This document shows, piece after piece, positions 41,287-52,433 of a DNA stretch of 64,000 nt (position 1 is the stretch's first letter; each line of letters starts with the position of its first letter). The stretch lies in assembly GCA_021208135.1 (NCBI GenBank), contig JAJOKB010000081.1:488-64487 (forward strand). Direction: 5' to 3'. This DNA is from Verrucomicrobiota bacterium. Lineage in GTDB: Bacteria; Verrucomicrobiota; Verrucomicrobiia; Opitutales; Oceanipulchritudinaceae. Under the pieces are notes generated by a model. It was not told the DNA's origin. It worked only from the letters and a program-made list of their open reading frames with translations, and did not search any database. Position numbers and translations under genes: made by a program.

Positions 41287-42677
41287 GTGAATAAAGTCCT
41301 CCTCTTCGTTGCTGGTTTGCTGGTTTCCGCCGCAGCCCTTCACTCACAATCTTTCGATCGCGCCAGTCGCAGCGCTCAGACTGACCTGGACAACGCGCTT
41401 CAGCGCTACGCCGAATTACAGGAACGTATCCGCGCCGAGCGCGTTCCTCTCGATCCGCGAGCTCAACGAGTTGCGCTCCGAACTGCAACAAGCCCGCCGG
41501 GAGTCGGACCGCGTGCGCCGAATTCAAGATAACAGCGCCGTTGACCTTAATGCCATGCGCAATCGTGTCGAACGCCGCATTGAGCAACTGGACTTTGTTG
41601 CCAATCTGGTGACCGACTACAGTCAACGCTTTGAGCGCGACATTGATCTCAGTGAGCAGCAGATTTATACCGCTGCCATAGAGCGCTTGCAGCGAGTCAT
41701 GGAAGAGGTGCACGACGACGATGAACTGCAGCGGTCACGCCGCCTGGTAGGTCAGTTGTTTATCCTGCAGGAAGGCATTGGACGATTCAGTCGCCTCCTG
41801 GGTGGTGATACTTTTGAGGGTCGGGCTATTGTCGGTGGTGGACAGGTTGAGGAGGGCACCTTCATCAACTTTGGTCCCACCACATTTTTTTGCCAGCAGC
41901 GAATCTGGCATAGCCGGCCTTTCCCTCCGTACCGGCCTGATTCCCACTGCGGTTCCAATCAGCGCCGAAGCAGATCGCGCTATCAGGGAAGTGGCTGTTA
42001 ATGGCACAGGCATACTGCCGATCGACCCCACTTTAGGCAGCGCTTTTGCCATCGCTTCACAAAAGTTGACCTTGTGGGAGCACATCAGGCAGGGCGGTAT
42101 TTGGATTTGGCCCATTCTCACCTTTGCCTTCCTGGCCTTTGCTACTTCCATGTTCAAGCTGTATGAAATTTACAGCGTGAAAATGCCGCGCACCGGTGCC
42201 CTGCATGATATTCTGGCCGCCTTGAATGCCGGACGCCGCGATGAAGCTTTGGAACTGGCGAAATCTGTTCAGGGTCCTGCCCGGGAAATGTTGATTGATG
42301 CAGTCGAACACTCCAACGAGAGCAAAGAACTCATCGAGGAAGTGATGTACGAGCGCATGCTCGAACTGCAACCACGCTTGGAACGCATGCTGCCCTTTAT
42401 CGCTGTTACCGCCGCAACCGCTCCGCTCATGGGACTGTTGGGCACGGTAACAGGTATGATTAATACCTTCAAGTTGATCACCATCTTCGGTACCGGCGAT
42501 GCCAAGCAGTTGTCCAGTGGTATTTCCGAAGCTTTGGTCACCACGGAGTTCGGTTTGATTGTCGCCATTCCATCCTTGATCATGCACGCTCTGCTCAGCA
42601 GGCGCGCACAATCGGTCATGGCCAACATGGAGCGCATGGCAGTGGCATTCGTCAACGGATTGTCGCGTAAAAACTAG
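41287..42677 (+). CDS. Long MotA/TolQ/ExbB-family proton-channel protein with a periplasmic N-terminal domain (TtpC-like); two apparent frame breaks (~41445-41455 and the T7 run at 41885-41891)
   Basis: Three collinear pieces join into about 460 aa. The C-terminal part shows [27 protein letters not shown]...SSGISEALVTTEFGLIVAIPSLI, which is the ExbB/TolQ signature. Confidence 0.8.
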
Positions 42678-42680
42678 TCC

Positions 42681-43304
42681 GTGGATTTCTACGCACAGTT
42701 TAAGGAAGAGTTCATGACCATCCTGACGGATGGCGGAATTCTCATGCTGCCGCTCGGTTTGTTGGCAATCGCGATCTATGCCATCGCTTTCCGCCTGTTT
42801 TATTATTTTGTCGAACACTCATTCTACAAAATCAAACGCGAGAAGCTTATCGAATATTTGATGAATCCCATAATGGCCACTGGTGAGTTGCGCCAGATCA
42901 TCGACTACACCCAGGATCCAGAAATTGAGTCCAAGGATGAGCTGGCGAGCCGCTTTGCCGAAATTTCCAATGCCTATTTGGCCCACATCGACGCCGCGTG
43001 TGTTCCTGCTGACCTGGTAACAATCGCTCCTCTGATGGGCCTGCTGGGTACTGTCATGGGCATGTTGACCACCTTCAGTGGCCTCGCGGTCAGCGTCGGC
43101 GGCAAAACTGTCGATCAAATCGCCGCTGGTATTTCCGAAGCTTTGATTACCACCCAAACAGGCCTGATCATTGCCATTCCCGGCTATGTGATGGCGTCGA
43201 TGATTCTTAAGCGTCGCGACCAGATGGAGGCCTTCCTCAATTCCGTGCAAGCGATCACCACCCAACTTTTTGAGAAAAAATCCAAACTTCCCTCCGATTT
43301 ATGA
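42681..43304 (+). CDS. exbB: ExbB/TolQ-family proton-channel protein (short form)
   Basis: The protein shows [18 protein letters not shown] and [23 protein letters not shown]. The start could be GTG 42681 or ATG 42714. Confidence 0.85.
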   Translation: MDFYAQFKEEFMTILTDGGILMLPLGLLAIAIYAIAFRLFYYFVEHSFYKIKREKLIEYLMNPIMATGELRQIIDYTQDPEIESKDELASRFAEISNAYLAHIDAACVPADLVTIAPLMGLLGTVMGMLTTFSGLAVSVGGKTVDQIAAGISEALITTQTGLIIAIPGYVMASMILKRRDQMEAFLNSVQAITTQLFEKKSKLPSDL

Positions 43305-43714
43305 AGCGCCGCAGAGTCTTTTCCAATGCCAATAAAAGTGAGGATATCAACATTTCCCCGCTCATCGACATGGTGTTCATTCTCCTGATTTTCTTCATCG
43401 TAACCACCGTGTTCGTCGAAGAAACCGGAGTTGAAATCACCAAACCCCAGGCTGCATCGCAGATCAATCTCGAGAAAAACAGCATTCTTATCGCCATCAC
43501 CGCCAATAACAACGTTGTTTATGGCGGTCGCGATATCGGCGTCAATGGCGTGCGCGCCATCGTCCGTCGTCTTGTGACCGAGGACCCGAATATGCCGGTT
43601 ATTATTCAGGCCGATGAAAACGTGCCCACCCGTCTGCTGGTTCGCGTCCTTGATGAGGCCAAGCTTGCAGGCCGTTTTCGGTCAACATTTCCACCGACAA
43701 TTAAGGTTTTTTAG
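43301..43714 (+). CDS. exbD: ExbD/TolR biopolymer transport protein
   Basis: 137 aa reading [19 protein letters not shown], then a periplasmic domain with [22 protein letters not shown]. There is an ATGA overlap with exbB. Confidence 0.87.
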   Translation: MKRRRVFSNANKSEDINISPLIDMVFILLIFFIVTTVFVEETGVEITKPQAASQINLEKNSILIAITANNNVVYGGRDIGVNGVRAIVRRLVTEDPNMPVIIQADENVPTRLLVRVLDEAKLAGRFRSTFPPTIKVF

Positions 43715-43715
43715 C

Positions 43716-44395
43716 ATGAGTTTTCCACAGCGCCAGACCGGTTTTCAGGTTCCTCAGTCGAACCGCTACCTGATCCGGATCGTATTCGGCACAGCGATCA
43801 CCACGCTGGCGATACTGGCTATTTTGCCTTTTACTCAGGTTCTTTCCGGGGATCCGCGCGATGGACGACGCTTTATTCCAATTGAGGCAGTGCTGCCCCC
43901 GCCGGAGCCACCGCCACCGGAACCACCGCCTCCCCCCCGAGGAAGATCAACGCGAAGATGTGCGTGGATCTGGATATGACGCCTCCGCCTCTTAGTCTGA
44001 GCCAGCTTGAAGCAGCTTTGAACCCTGGTATCGGTGATGGCTTGCTGCAAGCGGTTAATTTGGATGGGTTTGGCGGCGGTCCCGATGTTGGTTCAGAACT
44101 CACCATCTTTGAATTGCGCGATCTGGACAGGCAGCCCCGACGCTTGACCACCGTGCAACCACAGTTTCCTGCCGACTTTCAGGTGCGCGGATTGCGCGGC
44201 GAGGTGCGCGTGCGCATCCTCATCGACGAGCAGGGCAACGTTTCCATTCTTGAAGTGGTCGGATCCACCCATCCGGAAGCGGTCCAGCCCGTGCGCCAGG
44301 CTCTCGTCCGCTGGCGTTTCGAGCCTCCCATGCGCAACGGGCAACCAGTGCGCGCACAATACATCCAACCCATCGGTTATAATTTCTCCCAGTAA
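43716..44395 (+). CDS. tonB: TonB-family energy transducer, with one or two apparent indels between 43932 and 43965 (C7 run)
   Basis: An N-terminal TM anchor is followed by a Pro-rich spacer (PPPEPPPPEPPPPP) and then the C-terminal TonB domain (RGLRGEVRVRILIDEQGNVSILEVVGSTHPE...ALVRWRFEPPMRNGQPV). Confidence 0.82.
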
Positions 44396-44401
44396 TTTAT
44401 C

Positions 44402-45757
44402 ATGCGTACATTTCTTAGCTTGTTTGCTCTCGCACTGGCATTCACACCAGCTCACGGTCAGATTTTTCCGCTCAGCGAGAATCGTTGGGACAATCCTGAG
44501 TTCCGTCAGCGATTTTTAGGTTCATTCGGCGTCAATACCCGCATTGAGCCTGAACTCAGTCGCGACGAAGCCACTTTGTTTGGCGAATTGGTTGATCTTA
44601 TCGGTACCAATCCCGATCAAGCCATTGCCCGCCTGCGCGCGGCTTTGACTGCTGAGTCGAGCGCGGCACTGGATTACACACTTGCCAGCTTGCTATTACA
44701 GCAAGGCGATTTGCCGGCCGCCGTGCGCAATTACCGCAATGCGATTCGCAAATTCCCCAATTTCATGCGCGCTTATCGCAACCTCGGTTTGGCTTTGGTT
44801 CAACAGGGTGAATTTGCCGATGCCATTCCCATGTTGGTCAAAGCGATCGAACTCGGCGACGGCGATGGCAACACCTTTGGCTTGCTTGGATTTTCCTACT
44901 TGAATGTCGATCGCCCCAGGTCGGCGTTGGATGCCTACCGTACGGCCTACATGTTGCGTCCCGACAGCCGCGACTGGAAGATCGGGTTGGCCCAGGCGCT
45001 TACTATGAATGGCGACCACGCGCAAGCCAGCGCAATTCTGCGCGAGATGATCGAAGCCAATCCAGCTCAAACCTCACTTTGGCTAACCCGGGTCAATTCG
45101 CTTATCTCCCTCGGGCAAGAAATGGAAGCCGCCGCTCACCTTGAGGTGCTCAGCCGAATGGAGGCCGCCAATGCCGCCTCATTGCGCCTGCTCGGTGATA
45201 TTTATTTGAATGCTGCCATGCCCCAGCTCGCAGTTGCCAATTACAGCCGCGCCATGCGCGTGGATGGCGGTTTGCCCATTGGCCAGGCCCTCGGTGCCGC
45301 CCGCAACTTGCTTACATTCGCCGCTTTTGATGAAGCTGCAGAATTTGTTCAGTTGCTCGAACAAAAGTTTCAGGGGGAATTGGATGATTCGCAGCATGTC
45401 GCACTTTTGAATCTGGTCGCAGAAATTGCCCTCGCCAGAGGTGAGGATTCCGAAGCTGCAGCTACCCTCGAACGCGTGCTGCAAACTGACCCTCTCAACG
45501 GCAGAGCCTTGCTCTTGCTGGGCAATTACTACAATCGCTCCGGCAATGTCGAGGAGGCTGAATTTTTCTACCGGCGCGCTGCTACCATCGAAAGTGTTCA
45601 GGTCGATGCCTTGATCCAACATGCGCGCATGCTGGTCAGTACCCGCAATTTCGCAGGCGCCGTTCCTTTGCTCGAACGCGCGCAAAGCATCCGCCCCAAC
45701 TCCAACGTCGAAGCTTACCTGACCGCTGTGCGCAGCGCCCGCGACGCTGCCCGCTGA
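44402..45757 (+). CDS. Tetratricopeptide-repeat protein (TtpD-like last gene of the TonB2-type cluster)
   Basis: An intact 451 aa ORF with a signal peptide and multiple TPR-like repeats (e.g. AVRNYRNAIRKFPNFMRAYRNLGLALVQQGEFADAI). Confidence 0.75.
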   Translation: MRTFLSLFALALAFTPAHGQIFPLSENRWDNPEFRQRFLGSFGVNTRIEPELSRDEATLFGELVDLIGTNPDQAIARLRAALTAESSAALDYTLASLLLQQGDLPAAVRNYRNAIRKFPNFMRAYRNLGLALVQQGEFADAIPMLVKAIELGDGDGNTFGLLGFSYLNVDRPRSALDAYRTAYMLRPDSRDWKIGLAQALTMNGDHAQASAILREMIEANPAQTSLWLTRVNSLISLGQEMEAAAHLEVLSRMEAANAASLRLLGDIYLNAAMPQLAVANYSRAMRVDGGLPIGQALGAARNLLTFAAFDEAAEFVQLLEQKFQGELDDSQHVALLNLVAEIALARGEDSEAAATLERVLQTDPLNGRALLLLGNYYNRSGNVEEAEFFYRRAATIESVQVDALIQHARMLVSTRNFAGAVPLLERAQSIRPNSNVEAYLTAVRSARDAAR

Positions 45758-45841
45758 GAACAGGTACGCTTTTTGCTTGATTTTTAACAAAAGGGTAGCT
45801 ACGGCTGTCCTCGATAACCATACAAACTAACTAAGAACCAT

Positions 45842-48490
45842 ATGAAGAACCTATCATCTCGTGAGGGATCCGCCTGGCGGCGGATCTTGGCTGGTGTCCT
45901 GGTCGCAGGATTTTTAACCCAGCCCGTAGTGTCCGCTCAGGAAGTGGACGAACTGGAAACCTTTACCGTTACAGGTTCGCGTATTCCGCGTCTGGATCTT
46001 GAAGGTGTTGCTCCAGTTGTTGTCATCACCGCTCAAGATGTTCAAGCCTCCGGCTTTAACACCCTCGGTGACTACCTGCAGTCTTTGCCTGCAAACAGCG
46101 GTGCTGTCAACGCCATCACTGAAGCTGCAAGCTTCACCCGTGGTGCCACCACCCTGAACTTGCGTGGTTTGGGCGGTAACCGTTTCCTCACCCTGATCAA
46201 TGGTCGCCGTGTAGCTCCCTACGCTTTGACCAATTCCAATCAGGCTCTGGTATTCGACTTCAACAGCTTGCCTCCTTCAGCGATCGAAGCCATTGACTTC
46301 CTCAAAGAAGGCGCTTCCGCTATTTACGGTTCCGACGCTGTGACTGGTGTGCTCAACATCCGTCTCCGCCGTGACTTCGAGGGCATGGATGTCGGCATGA
46401 CTATCGGTAACACCGATGGCCACGACATGATGTTCCGCTCTGTCAATGCTGCTGTCGGTACTTCCTCCGGTAACACTTCCATTATGGTTGCTGCTACTTT
46501 CCAGGATTCCAACGACAGTTTCGCAAACGACTACAAGCGTTCACGCACCTCGAACTACTCTTTCCTCGGGGATCGCGGTATCGACTTGCGCAGTGCGTTC
46601 AACTTCCCAGCCAACGTGAACTTGTCCCCAGCTCAGTTGACAGCTGCCGGTCTTCCGGTGCCTACCAACGCAAACGGCGATCCAGTAGCGCAGTTCTACG
46701 CCACCATCAATCCTGAAGGTGTTGCCAATCCAACTGTTGCTGACTTCCGCCCAGGTGCCGCTAATCTGAATCGTTTCGAATTCGCACCTTTCATTCAGCT
46801 CTATCCGAAGTACAAGTACATGTCCGTGTTCTCATCGATCCGTCATGACATCACCGACAGCCTGCATGCCTTCGCTGAATTTTCGTTCGCTTCCAACACG
46901 ACCGATTATACCTTCACTCCAGCGGTTGTGAATTCCACAACCACATTCGTTCCATCCACGGGCCGCGCTTTGGTTCTGCCAGCAAACAATCCCTTCAATC
47001 CTTTTGGCGTTGAAGTGACTGACTTGCGCTACCGCACTTCCTTCCTGCCTTCCCGTACATTCCTCATCGAGACCATCGCTCCTCGTTTCCTCGTGGGCCT
47101 CGGCGGTGAGTTTTCCGGTTGGAATTGGGATTCCGGTATGATCTATTCATACAATCAGGTCACTGAAACTGCTGGCAATGCGATCCGTGCTGACGATTTG
47201 CAAAATGCTTTGGCCGGTACTACCACGGACACAGCCATCAATCCTTTCGGCCCTACACCTAATCAGGATCTGCTGAACAATCTGCTCGTTTCCTCGATTT
47301 CCACTGCCAAGGTTGAAGTTCTCAGCTTCGACTTCAATGCCAGCGGCAATATTATGGACTTCGAATTCGGCACCCTCGGTGCAGCTTTCGGTTTTGAATA
47401 CCGCGAAGAAATTCTCAGCGATCGCCCTGACGCCAATTCTTATGTTGGTTCCGGTGGTGGTGATCCTTTCCGTGGCACTCGCCAAGTGGCTGCAGCTTAC
47501 GCTGAATTGGGTCTTCCAGTGGGTCAAATGTTCGAATTCTCCGTTGCCGGTCGTTTCGAAGATTATTCCGATTTCGGTAGCACTGCCAAGCCAAAGTTTG
47601 GTGCCCGCTTCCGTCCTCTCGACTGGTTGATGTTCCGCGCTTCGTTCTCCAAGTCCTTCAAGGCTCCTGAACTCGGTCGTCTGTTCGCTGCTTCCCAGCA
47701 GTCCTTCAGTCAGCAGTTCGTAGATCCTAACTTCCCAGGAGAACCACCAGTACAGGTTCTCTATGTCACTGGCGGTAATCGTGATCTTCAGCCGGAAACT
47801 GGCCGCAGCATTTACCTCGGCACTGTAATCGAAGTTCCCGGTGTTCAAGGTTTGTCTTTGAGCCTCGACTACCTCGATTTCAAGATCGAAGACGTTATCG
47901 TTGACCTCCGCAGCTTCACCACCAATTTCGTTGTGACCAATCCAGGTCTCTTCCCTGGTGCTGTCGTTCGCGACCCGGGAACCGGCCGTATTACTCAGAT
48001 CAACGCTTTGCCACAAAATCAGGCACTCGAGCGCTGGAAGGGTATCGATATCGGTCTCCGCTATAATTTGGAAACCAACGATATGGGTTCCTTCCGCTTT
48101 GGTTTCGATGCTACCCGCATCCTCAACACCGGTCGTGATGGTGGCGTCGGCGGTGGTTACTCAAACCGCGTTGGCTTGTATGGCACACCAAAATGGCGTG
48201 CTAACCTGAATGCAGGCTGGACCCGCGGCGATTACAGCGCTGCTGTGTTCATCGACTATATGGGCGGTTTCGATTGGGATGCTTCCGGCGATATCAGCAA
48301 CAGCTCCTACATCCGCGTCAATCCTTCGGTCAGCTATAGCGGCTTCTGGGATACACGCGTGACTCTCGGCGTCAACAATGTGTTCGACAGCAATCCTCCT
48401 TCAGATGGTTTCTATATCGAAGGTTTCGACACCAGCCTGTACAATGGTATGAGCCGCTTCTGGTACTTGCGCATCGAGCGCTCGTTCTAA
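45842..48490 (+). CDS. TonB-dependent outer-membrane receptor
   Basis: The protein has a signal peptide, a TonB box/plug (ETFTVTGSRIPR...LNLRGLGGNRFLTLINGRR...GASAIYGSDAVTGVLNI) and a barrel ending RFWYLRIERSF. Confidence 0.9.
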   Translation: MKNLSSREGSAWRRILAGVLVAGFLTQPVVSAQEVDELETFTVTGSRIPRLDLEGVAPVVVITAQDVQASGFNTLGDYLQSLPANSGAVNAITEAASFTRGATTLNLRGLGGNRFLTLINGRRVAPYALTNSNQALVFDFNSLPPSAIEAIDFLKEGASAIYGSDAVTGVLNIRLRRDFEGMDVGMTIGNTDGHDMMFRSVNAAVGTSSGNTSIMVAATFQDSNDSFANDYKRSRTSNYSFLGDRGIDLRSAFNFPANVNLSPAQLTAAGLPVPTNANGDPVAQFYATINPEGVANPTVADFRPGAANLNRFEFAPFIQLYPKYKYMSVFSSIRHDITDSLHAFAEFSFASNTTDYTFTPAVVNSTTTFVPSTGRALVLPANNPFNPFGVEVTDLRYRTSFLPSRTFLIETIAPRFLVGLGGEFSGWNWDSGMIYSYNQVTETAGNAIRADDLQNALAGTTTDTAINPFGPTPNQDLLNNLLVSSISTAKVEVLSFDFNASGNIMDFEFGTLGAAFGFEYREEILSDRPDANSYVGSGGGDPFRGTRQVAAAYAELGLPVGQMFEFSVAGRFEDYSDFGSTAKPKFGARFRPLDWLMFRASFSKSFKAPELGRLFAASQQSFSQQFVDPNFPGEPPVQVLYVTGGNRDLQPETGRSIYLGTVIEVPGVQGLSLSLDYLDFKIEDVIVDLRSFTTNFVVTNPGLFPGAVVRDPGTGRITQINALPQNQALERWKGIDIGLRYNLETNDMGSFRFGFDATRILNTGRDGGVGGGYSNRVGLYGTPKWRANLNAGWTRGDYSAAVFIDYMGGFDWDASGDISNSSYIRVNPSVSYSGFWDTRVTLGVNNVFDSNPPSDGFYIEGFDTSLYNGMSRFWYLRIERSF

Positions 48491-48527
48491 GATACGCTTA
48501 AAACTCATACTTTAGTATTGTTTTTAA

Positions 48528-48556
48528 AGCCCTCTCATTGCGAGAGGGCTTTTTTC
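48528..48556 (+). terminator. Rho-independent terminator after the TonB-dependent receptor
   Basis: AGCCCTCTC (48528-48536), loop ATTGC, GAGAGGGCT (48542-48550), then a T run. Confidence 0.8.
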
Positions 48557-48591
48557 TTGCCTGCATCTGGAAGTGAGGCTTTGTTTTCTCT

Positions 48592-50539
48592 ATGCGTATT
48601 CAATCTTTTGCTTCTGTTTTTCGCTTGTGTATTGTTAAATTGTTACTGCTGGTGTTGTTCACCAGTGCGGTCAATGCGCGGGTTATTCCTGCCGAAGACT
48701 TTTTTCGCACACCGCAATTCCGCGACTTTACGATTTCTCCTGACGGCAATTCCATCGCTATGATAGGTGAGTGGAACAGTCGCCAAAACTTGTTTGTTTT
48801 TGATCTGGCCACACGTGAGGGTCGCAGAATAACCAGTTACCGCCGCAATAATGTGCTCGGTGTCACTTGGGCAAACAATGAACGTATTTTGTACTTCATG
48901 GACGACGATGGTAACGAGTCCTTAGGTATTTTTGCGGTAAATCGGGACGGTTCCCGGCCTCGTGTCCTCGTTCGTCCATTCAGCGGACGTCCTCAAGGTG
49001 TGGGGGCCTTTCGCCGTACTGTTATAATCGACCGTTTGGTTAACGAGCCGAATCATGTTTTGGTAACCAACAATGATCGCCATCTCGAATATCCGGATGT
49101 GTTCCGGATGAATATTAATACTGGCGATATGAGCATCGTGCTTCGCAATCCAGGCGATGTTCTTGGTTGGTCGACCGACTGGGATGGAGTCATTCGCTTC
49201 GCAGCTTTTTCAGACAGAAATAGCGGTGTTTCCGGAGTACGCTATCGCGCAAGTGCGGACAGTGATTGGATTGAATTAGCCACCTTTGGCGATGATGCTC
49301 CTTCCTGGAGCCCGCTGGGCTTTTCCCAGGATGGCAAAAGTCTGATCGTCAGATCCAATATGGATTCCGATCTGGCGGGGGATTTATCTGTTCGATTTGG
49401 AATCAAAAACTATCGGTGAGCGTGTTTTTGGGCACGATAAGGTGGACGTTGGTTCGGTACTGTTCTCACGCCGCGTGCGCGCTCCTGTAGGCGTTATCGC
49501 CGATGTTGACAGGCCTGAGGTTACCTGGTGGTCGGAAGAAAGAAGGGATATTCAAACAATCCTCGATCGCGCCTTGCCCGATACGTTTAATTTTCCCGTC
49601 AGTGTCAGTGAAGATGAAACACGGATGATTATCGCTTCTTCCAGTGAGCGCCAATCCAGTAAGTTTCACTTGCTCGATTTTCGCGGAGGTTCTTTGCAGT
49701 TGATTCCCTTGGGCGAAAGCCGACCCTGGTTAAGACCCGAAGAAATGGCTCCTGCCAGCGTTTATTGGATCAATGCCCGCGATGGCAAAAGGATGCAGGT
49801 TTTCCTGACAGTGCCCCGTGATCGTAAAGAGGGTGAACGGGTGCCCTTGCTGGTGCTGCCTCACGGCGGTCCTTGGGCACGCGATTCCTGGGGTTTTGAT
49901 CCCGAGGTACAATTTTTTGCCAACCGGGGTATGGCAGTCCTGCAGGTTAATTTCGTGGATCAACCGGCTTCGGGCGTCAACATCTGATGGCCAGTTTCCG
50001 CAACTGGGGTACCAGTATGCAGGATGATATTATTGACGCTCTGGACTGGGCCATCGAACAGGGCTACGCAGATCCTGACCGAGTCGGTATTTACGGTGCC
50101 AGCTATGGTGGCTAACACTGCTATGATGCAGGTTATTTTGCATCCCGACAGATATCGCTTTGCGGTTAACTATTTGGGTCCGACAGATCTCATTGATCTG
50201 GTTAATCTTCAGCGCAGTCGTCAACAACGCGAGGCTTTCGAAACCTTGAAACGTTGGATCGGAGATCCTTCTGCCGATAGGGAAATGCTTGAGTTCGCAT
50301 CGCCTGTATTGCGTTCTTCAGAAATCACTGTTCCGGTGTTTCTTTCGTACGGTGTTTTTGACCCGCGTGTGCCGATTGAACACGGCCGTCGCATGCGCAC
50401 CGCATTGCGTCGCGATGGCGTTGAGCACGTATGGATGGCCAAGGCCAATGAAGGTCACGGCTTTCGCAACGAAGAAAATGTCCTCGAATTCTATCGCGCT
50501 GTAGAACAATTTATCAAACGGCATATGCCATTGAACTGA
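48592..50539 (+). CDS. S9-family serine peptidase (prolyl oligopeptidase / dipeptidyl aminopeptidase-like), with three apparent indels (G5 run at 49377-49381, ~49954, ~50113-50114)
   Basis: The N-terminal beta-propeller part shows FTISPDGNSIAM and WSPLGFSQDGKSL. The catalytic part shows LLVLPHGGPWARDSW, NF(R)GSTGFG, GIYGASYGGY (Ser nucleophile) and EGHGF (His). Confidence 0.8.
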
Positions 50540-51051
50540 TGAAACAACTCTGGGCTTTCATTTTAGTTTCGATTCCAATTATCAGTTTAAGCTCTCTCCA
50601 TGCCGATGAAGCTGCGGACGCTTTGCTGGCAAAGATGGGTCCGGAAGTTTATCATGCCAGTGGCATGCATCGATTGTCTCCGGAAGAACGGGCAGCATTG
50701 GCCACGTGGATGGGGGCAATGGTTGAAATCGAACGCGAGCGGGCTAAGGATGAGGCTTTGCCCTCCGGAGAACCGTCTTTCGGCCTGGAACATGTTACCG
50801 AACGCATTGGCAGCTTGTTTCGTAATTCCCCTGATCGAATAGAGTCCCGTATAATAGGCGAATTTCGCGGCTGGAATGGCAATACCGTTTTCAGACTCGA
50901 AAATGGACAAGTATGGCGCCAGTCAGCGCCGGGAACTTTCTTCTATCGCACCGAAAATCCCGTAGTCTATATCCGGCGAGCCATGCTGGGTTCTTATTTG
51001 CTGCAGATTGAAGGCAAGAACAGCTCTGTGCGCGTGCGCAGGATCGAATGA
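50539..51051 (+). CDS. Secreted hypothetical protein (170 aa)
   Basis: An intact ORF with a signal peptide. Its start overlaps the S9 peptidase stop by 1 nt (TGATG at 50537-50541). I recognise no family. Confidence 0.45.
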   Translation: MKQLWAFILVSIPIISLSSLHADEAADALLAKMGPEVYHASGMHRLSPEERAALATWMGAMVEIERERAKDEALPSGEPSFGLEHVTERIGSLFRNSPDRIESRIIGEFRGWNGNTVFRLENGQVWRQSAPGTFFYRTENPVVYIRRAMLGSYLLQIEGKNSSVRVRRIE

Positions 51052-51454
51052 TTGAAGTTGTATCCATCTCAAGGAATACTTGTTTGAGCCAAGCCCTTGG
51101 GCCATCGCTGCAAGTAAGAGTAGGGGAGCGATAAGGGTGGCATTTGCCAGCCTACAGCAACCATCTGAACCACGCAATCACGCCCAAGGCCGCCACGGCG
51201 CATAGTGCAGTCACCGCCACTGTGAACAGATCTGTTGATCGCGGCTGCTGCCGAAGCGTTTTCGGCAGTAATTTCACCTGTTCACACGGTTGTTTGATGC
51301 GTCGCAACTGGCCTGTTAGATCCTGTGGTTGTGGCATGATCCTGAAAAAAGAATTGGTAATAGATCGAATTAACTTGATTCAAAGGTTGACGCACCCAAT
51401 CTGCGCGTGCAAGAAAATCATCTTTTGTCGCGTAGTGTCAAACCACAGCGCTTT

Positions 51455-52322
51455 ATGAATTTGTCTCGAAACCTCATTCTCATCTCCAGTATTTTGCTTT
51501 TAGCCACCAACTCAGCGTTGGCGGTCTCTCCCAGTGCCTACACGCTCAGTGGAGAGGGCGGATTTTTTGGACTTCCCATTACCAATGCCATGATCACCAG
51601 TTGGGTGATCTCTCTGGTCATCATTCTGGTGGTGCGCCTTATGGTTGGCAAAGCCAGTATCATTCCCGGGCGGGGACAAGCGGTGATCGAAGATATTCTG
51701 ACCGGCATCCGCGAAATTCTCGCTCCTATTGTCGGCAATAAAATGATCGGCCTTACATTCCCGTTTTTGATTAGTTTCTTCTTTTTTTATTCTGATCCAT
51801 AATTGGAGTGGCATGTTGCCCGGTGTAGGGGCATTCGGCTACTATGATGCCGATGGCAACCTCAAATACTGGCTGCGTCCGGCAAATTCCGATCTCAACA
51901 TGACTTTAGCACTGGCACTGACAGCAGCTGTTGTCGGTTGGGGTTACTTCGTTTTGCGTTACGCCGGATTTAAGGTTCTGCTCAAGGATTTGTTTGGCAA
52001 CAAAGCCAATCCCGCCGATATGCCCAAGATCATTTACCTGGGGTTGTTCCCCATTTTCTTCTTCGTAGGCCTCATTGAGGTGGTGTCTATCATCTTTCGT
52101 CCCGTCTCCTTGTCCTTCCGCCTCTTTGGCAATATTTTCGGTGGCGAAAACCTGCTGATGAATATGACCGGCCTCTTTGGCTATCTGATTCCTATCCCCG
52201 TTTATTTCCTGGAACTGCTCATCGGCTTGGTTCAGGCCCTGGTATTCACCTTGTTGACGGCAGTTTACATCGGCTTGATCTGCAATCATGGCGATGACCA
52301 TGACCACGAGCACGCTCACTGA
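51455..52322 (+). CDS. atpB: F0F1 ATP synthase subunit a, with an apparent 1-nt insertion in the T7 run at 51782-51788
   Basis: The pieces join as ...[26 protein letters not shown]... The conserved segment reads [18 protein letters not shown] (essential Arg). The C-terminal tail [12 protein letters not shown] is unusual. Confidence 0.9.
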
Positions 52323-52433
52323 TTTTATGATTTTCTTATTCCGCACCGGACCCATGCCAGTGGCACCAACGCTCCACACCGATGCGTGGGCGGTCGGAAC
52401 GAAACAACCACAACCAAGTAAAACAAACGTATC

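Noticed and set aside
43835-44151. Gly-rich minus-strand ORFs (GGGGSGGGGSGGG).
   Set aside because: They are the antisense reading of the Pro-rich (CCN) spacer of TonB and are an artefact of that repeat.
51152-51337. Minus-strand 61 aa ORF with one C-terminal hydrophobic helix (LFTVAVTALCAVAALGVIAWF).
   Set aside because: It could be a small tail-anchored membrane protein. But there is no recognisable family, no clear RBS, it is short, and it lies in a region where either strand gives ORFs. There is not enough support to call it.
51144-51458. Plus-strand 104 aa ORF upstream of atpB as a possible atpI.
   Set aside because: The translation is Cys/Arg-rich with no transmembrane helices, unlike AtpI, and it overlaps the atpB start. 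It is probably non-coding leader or promoter DNA.
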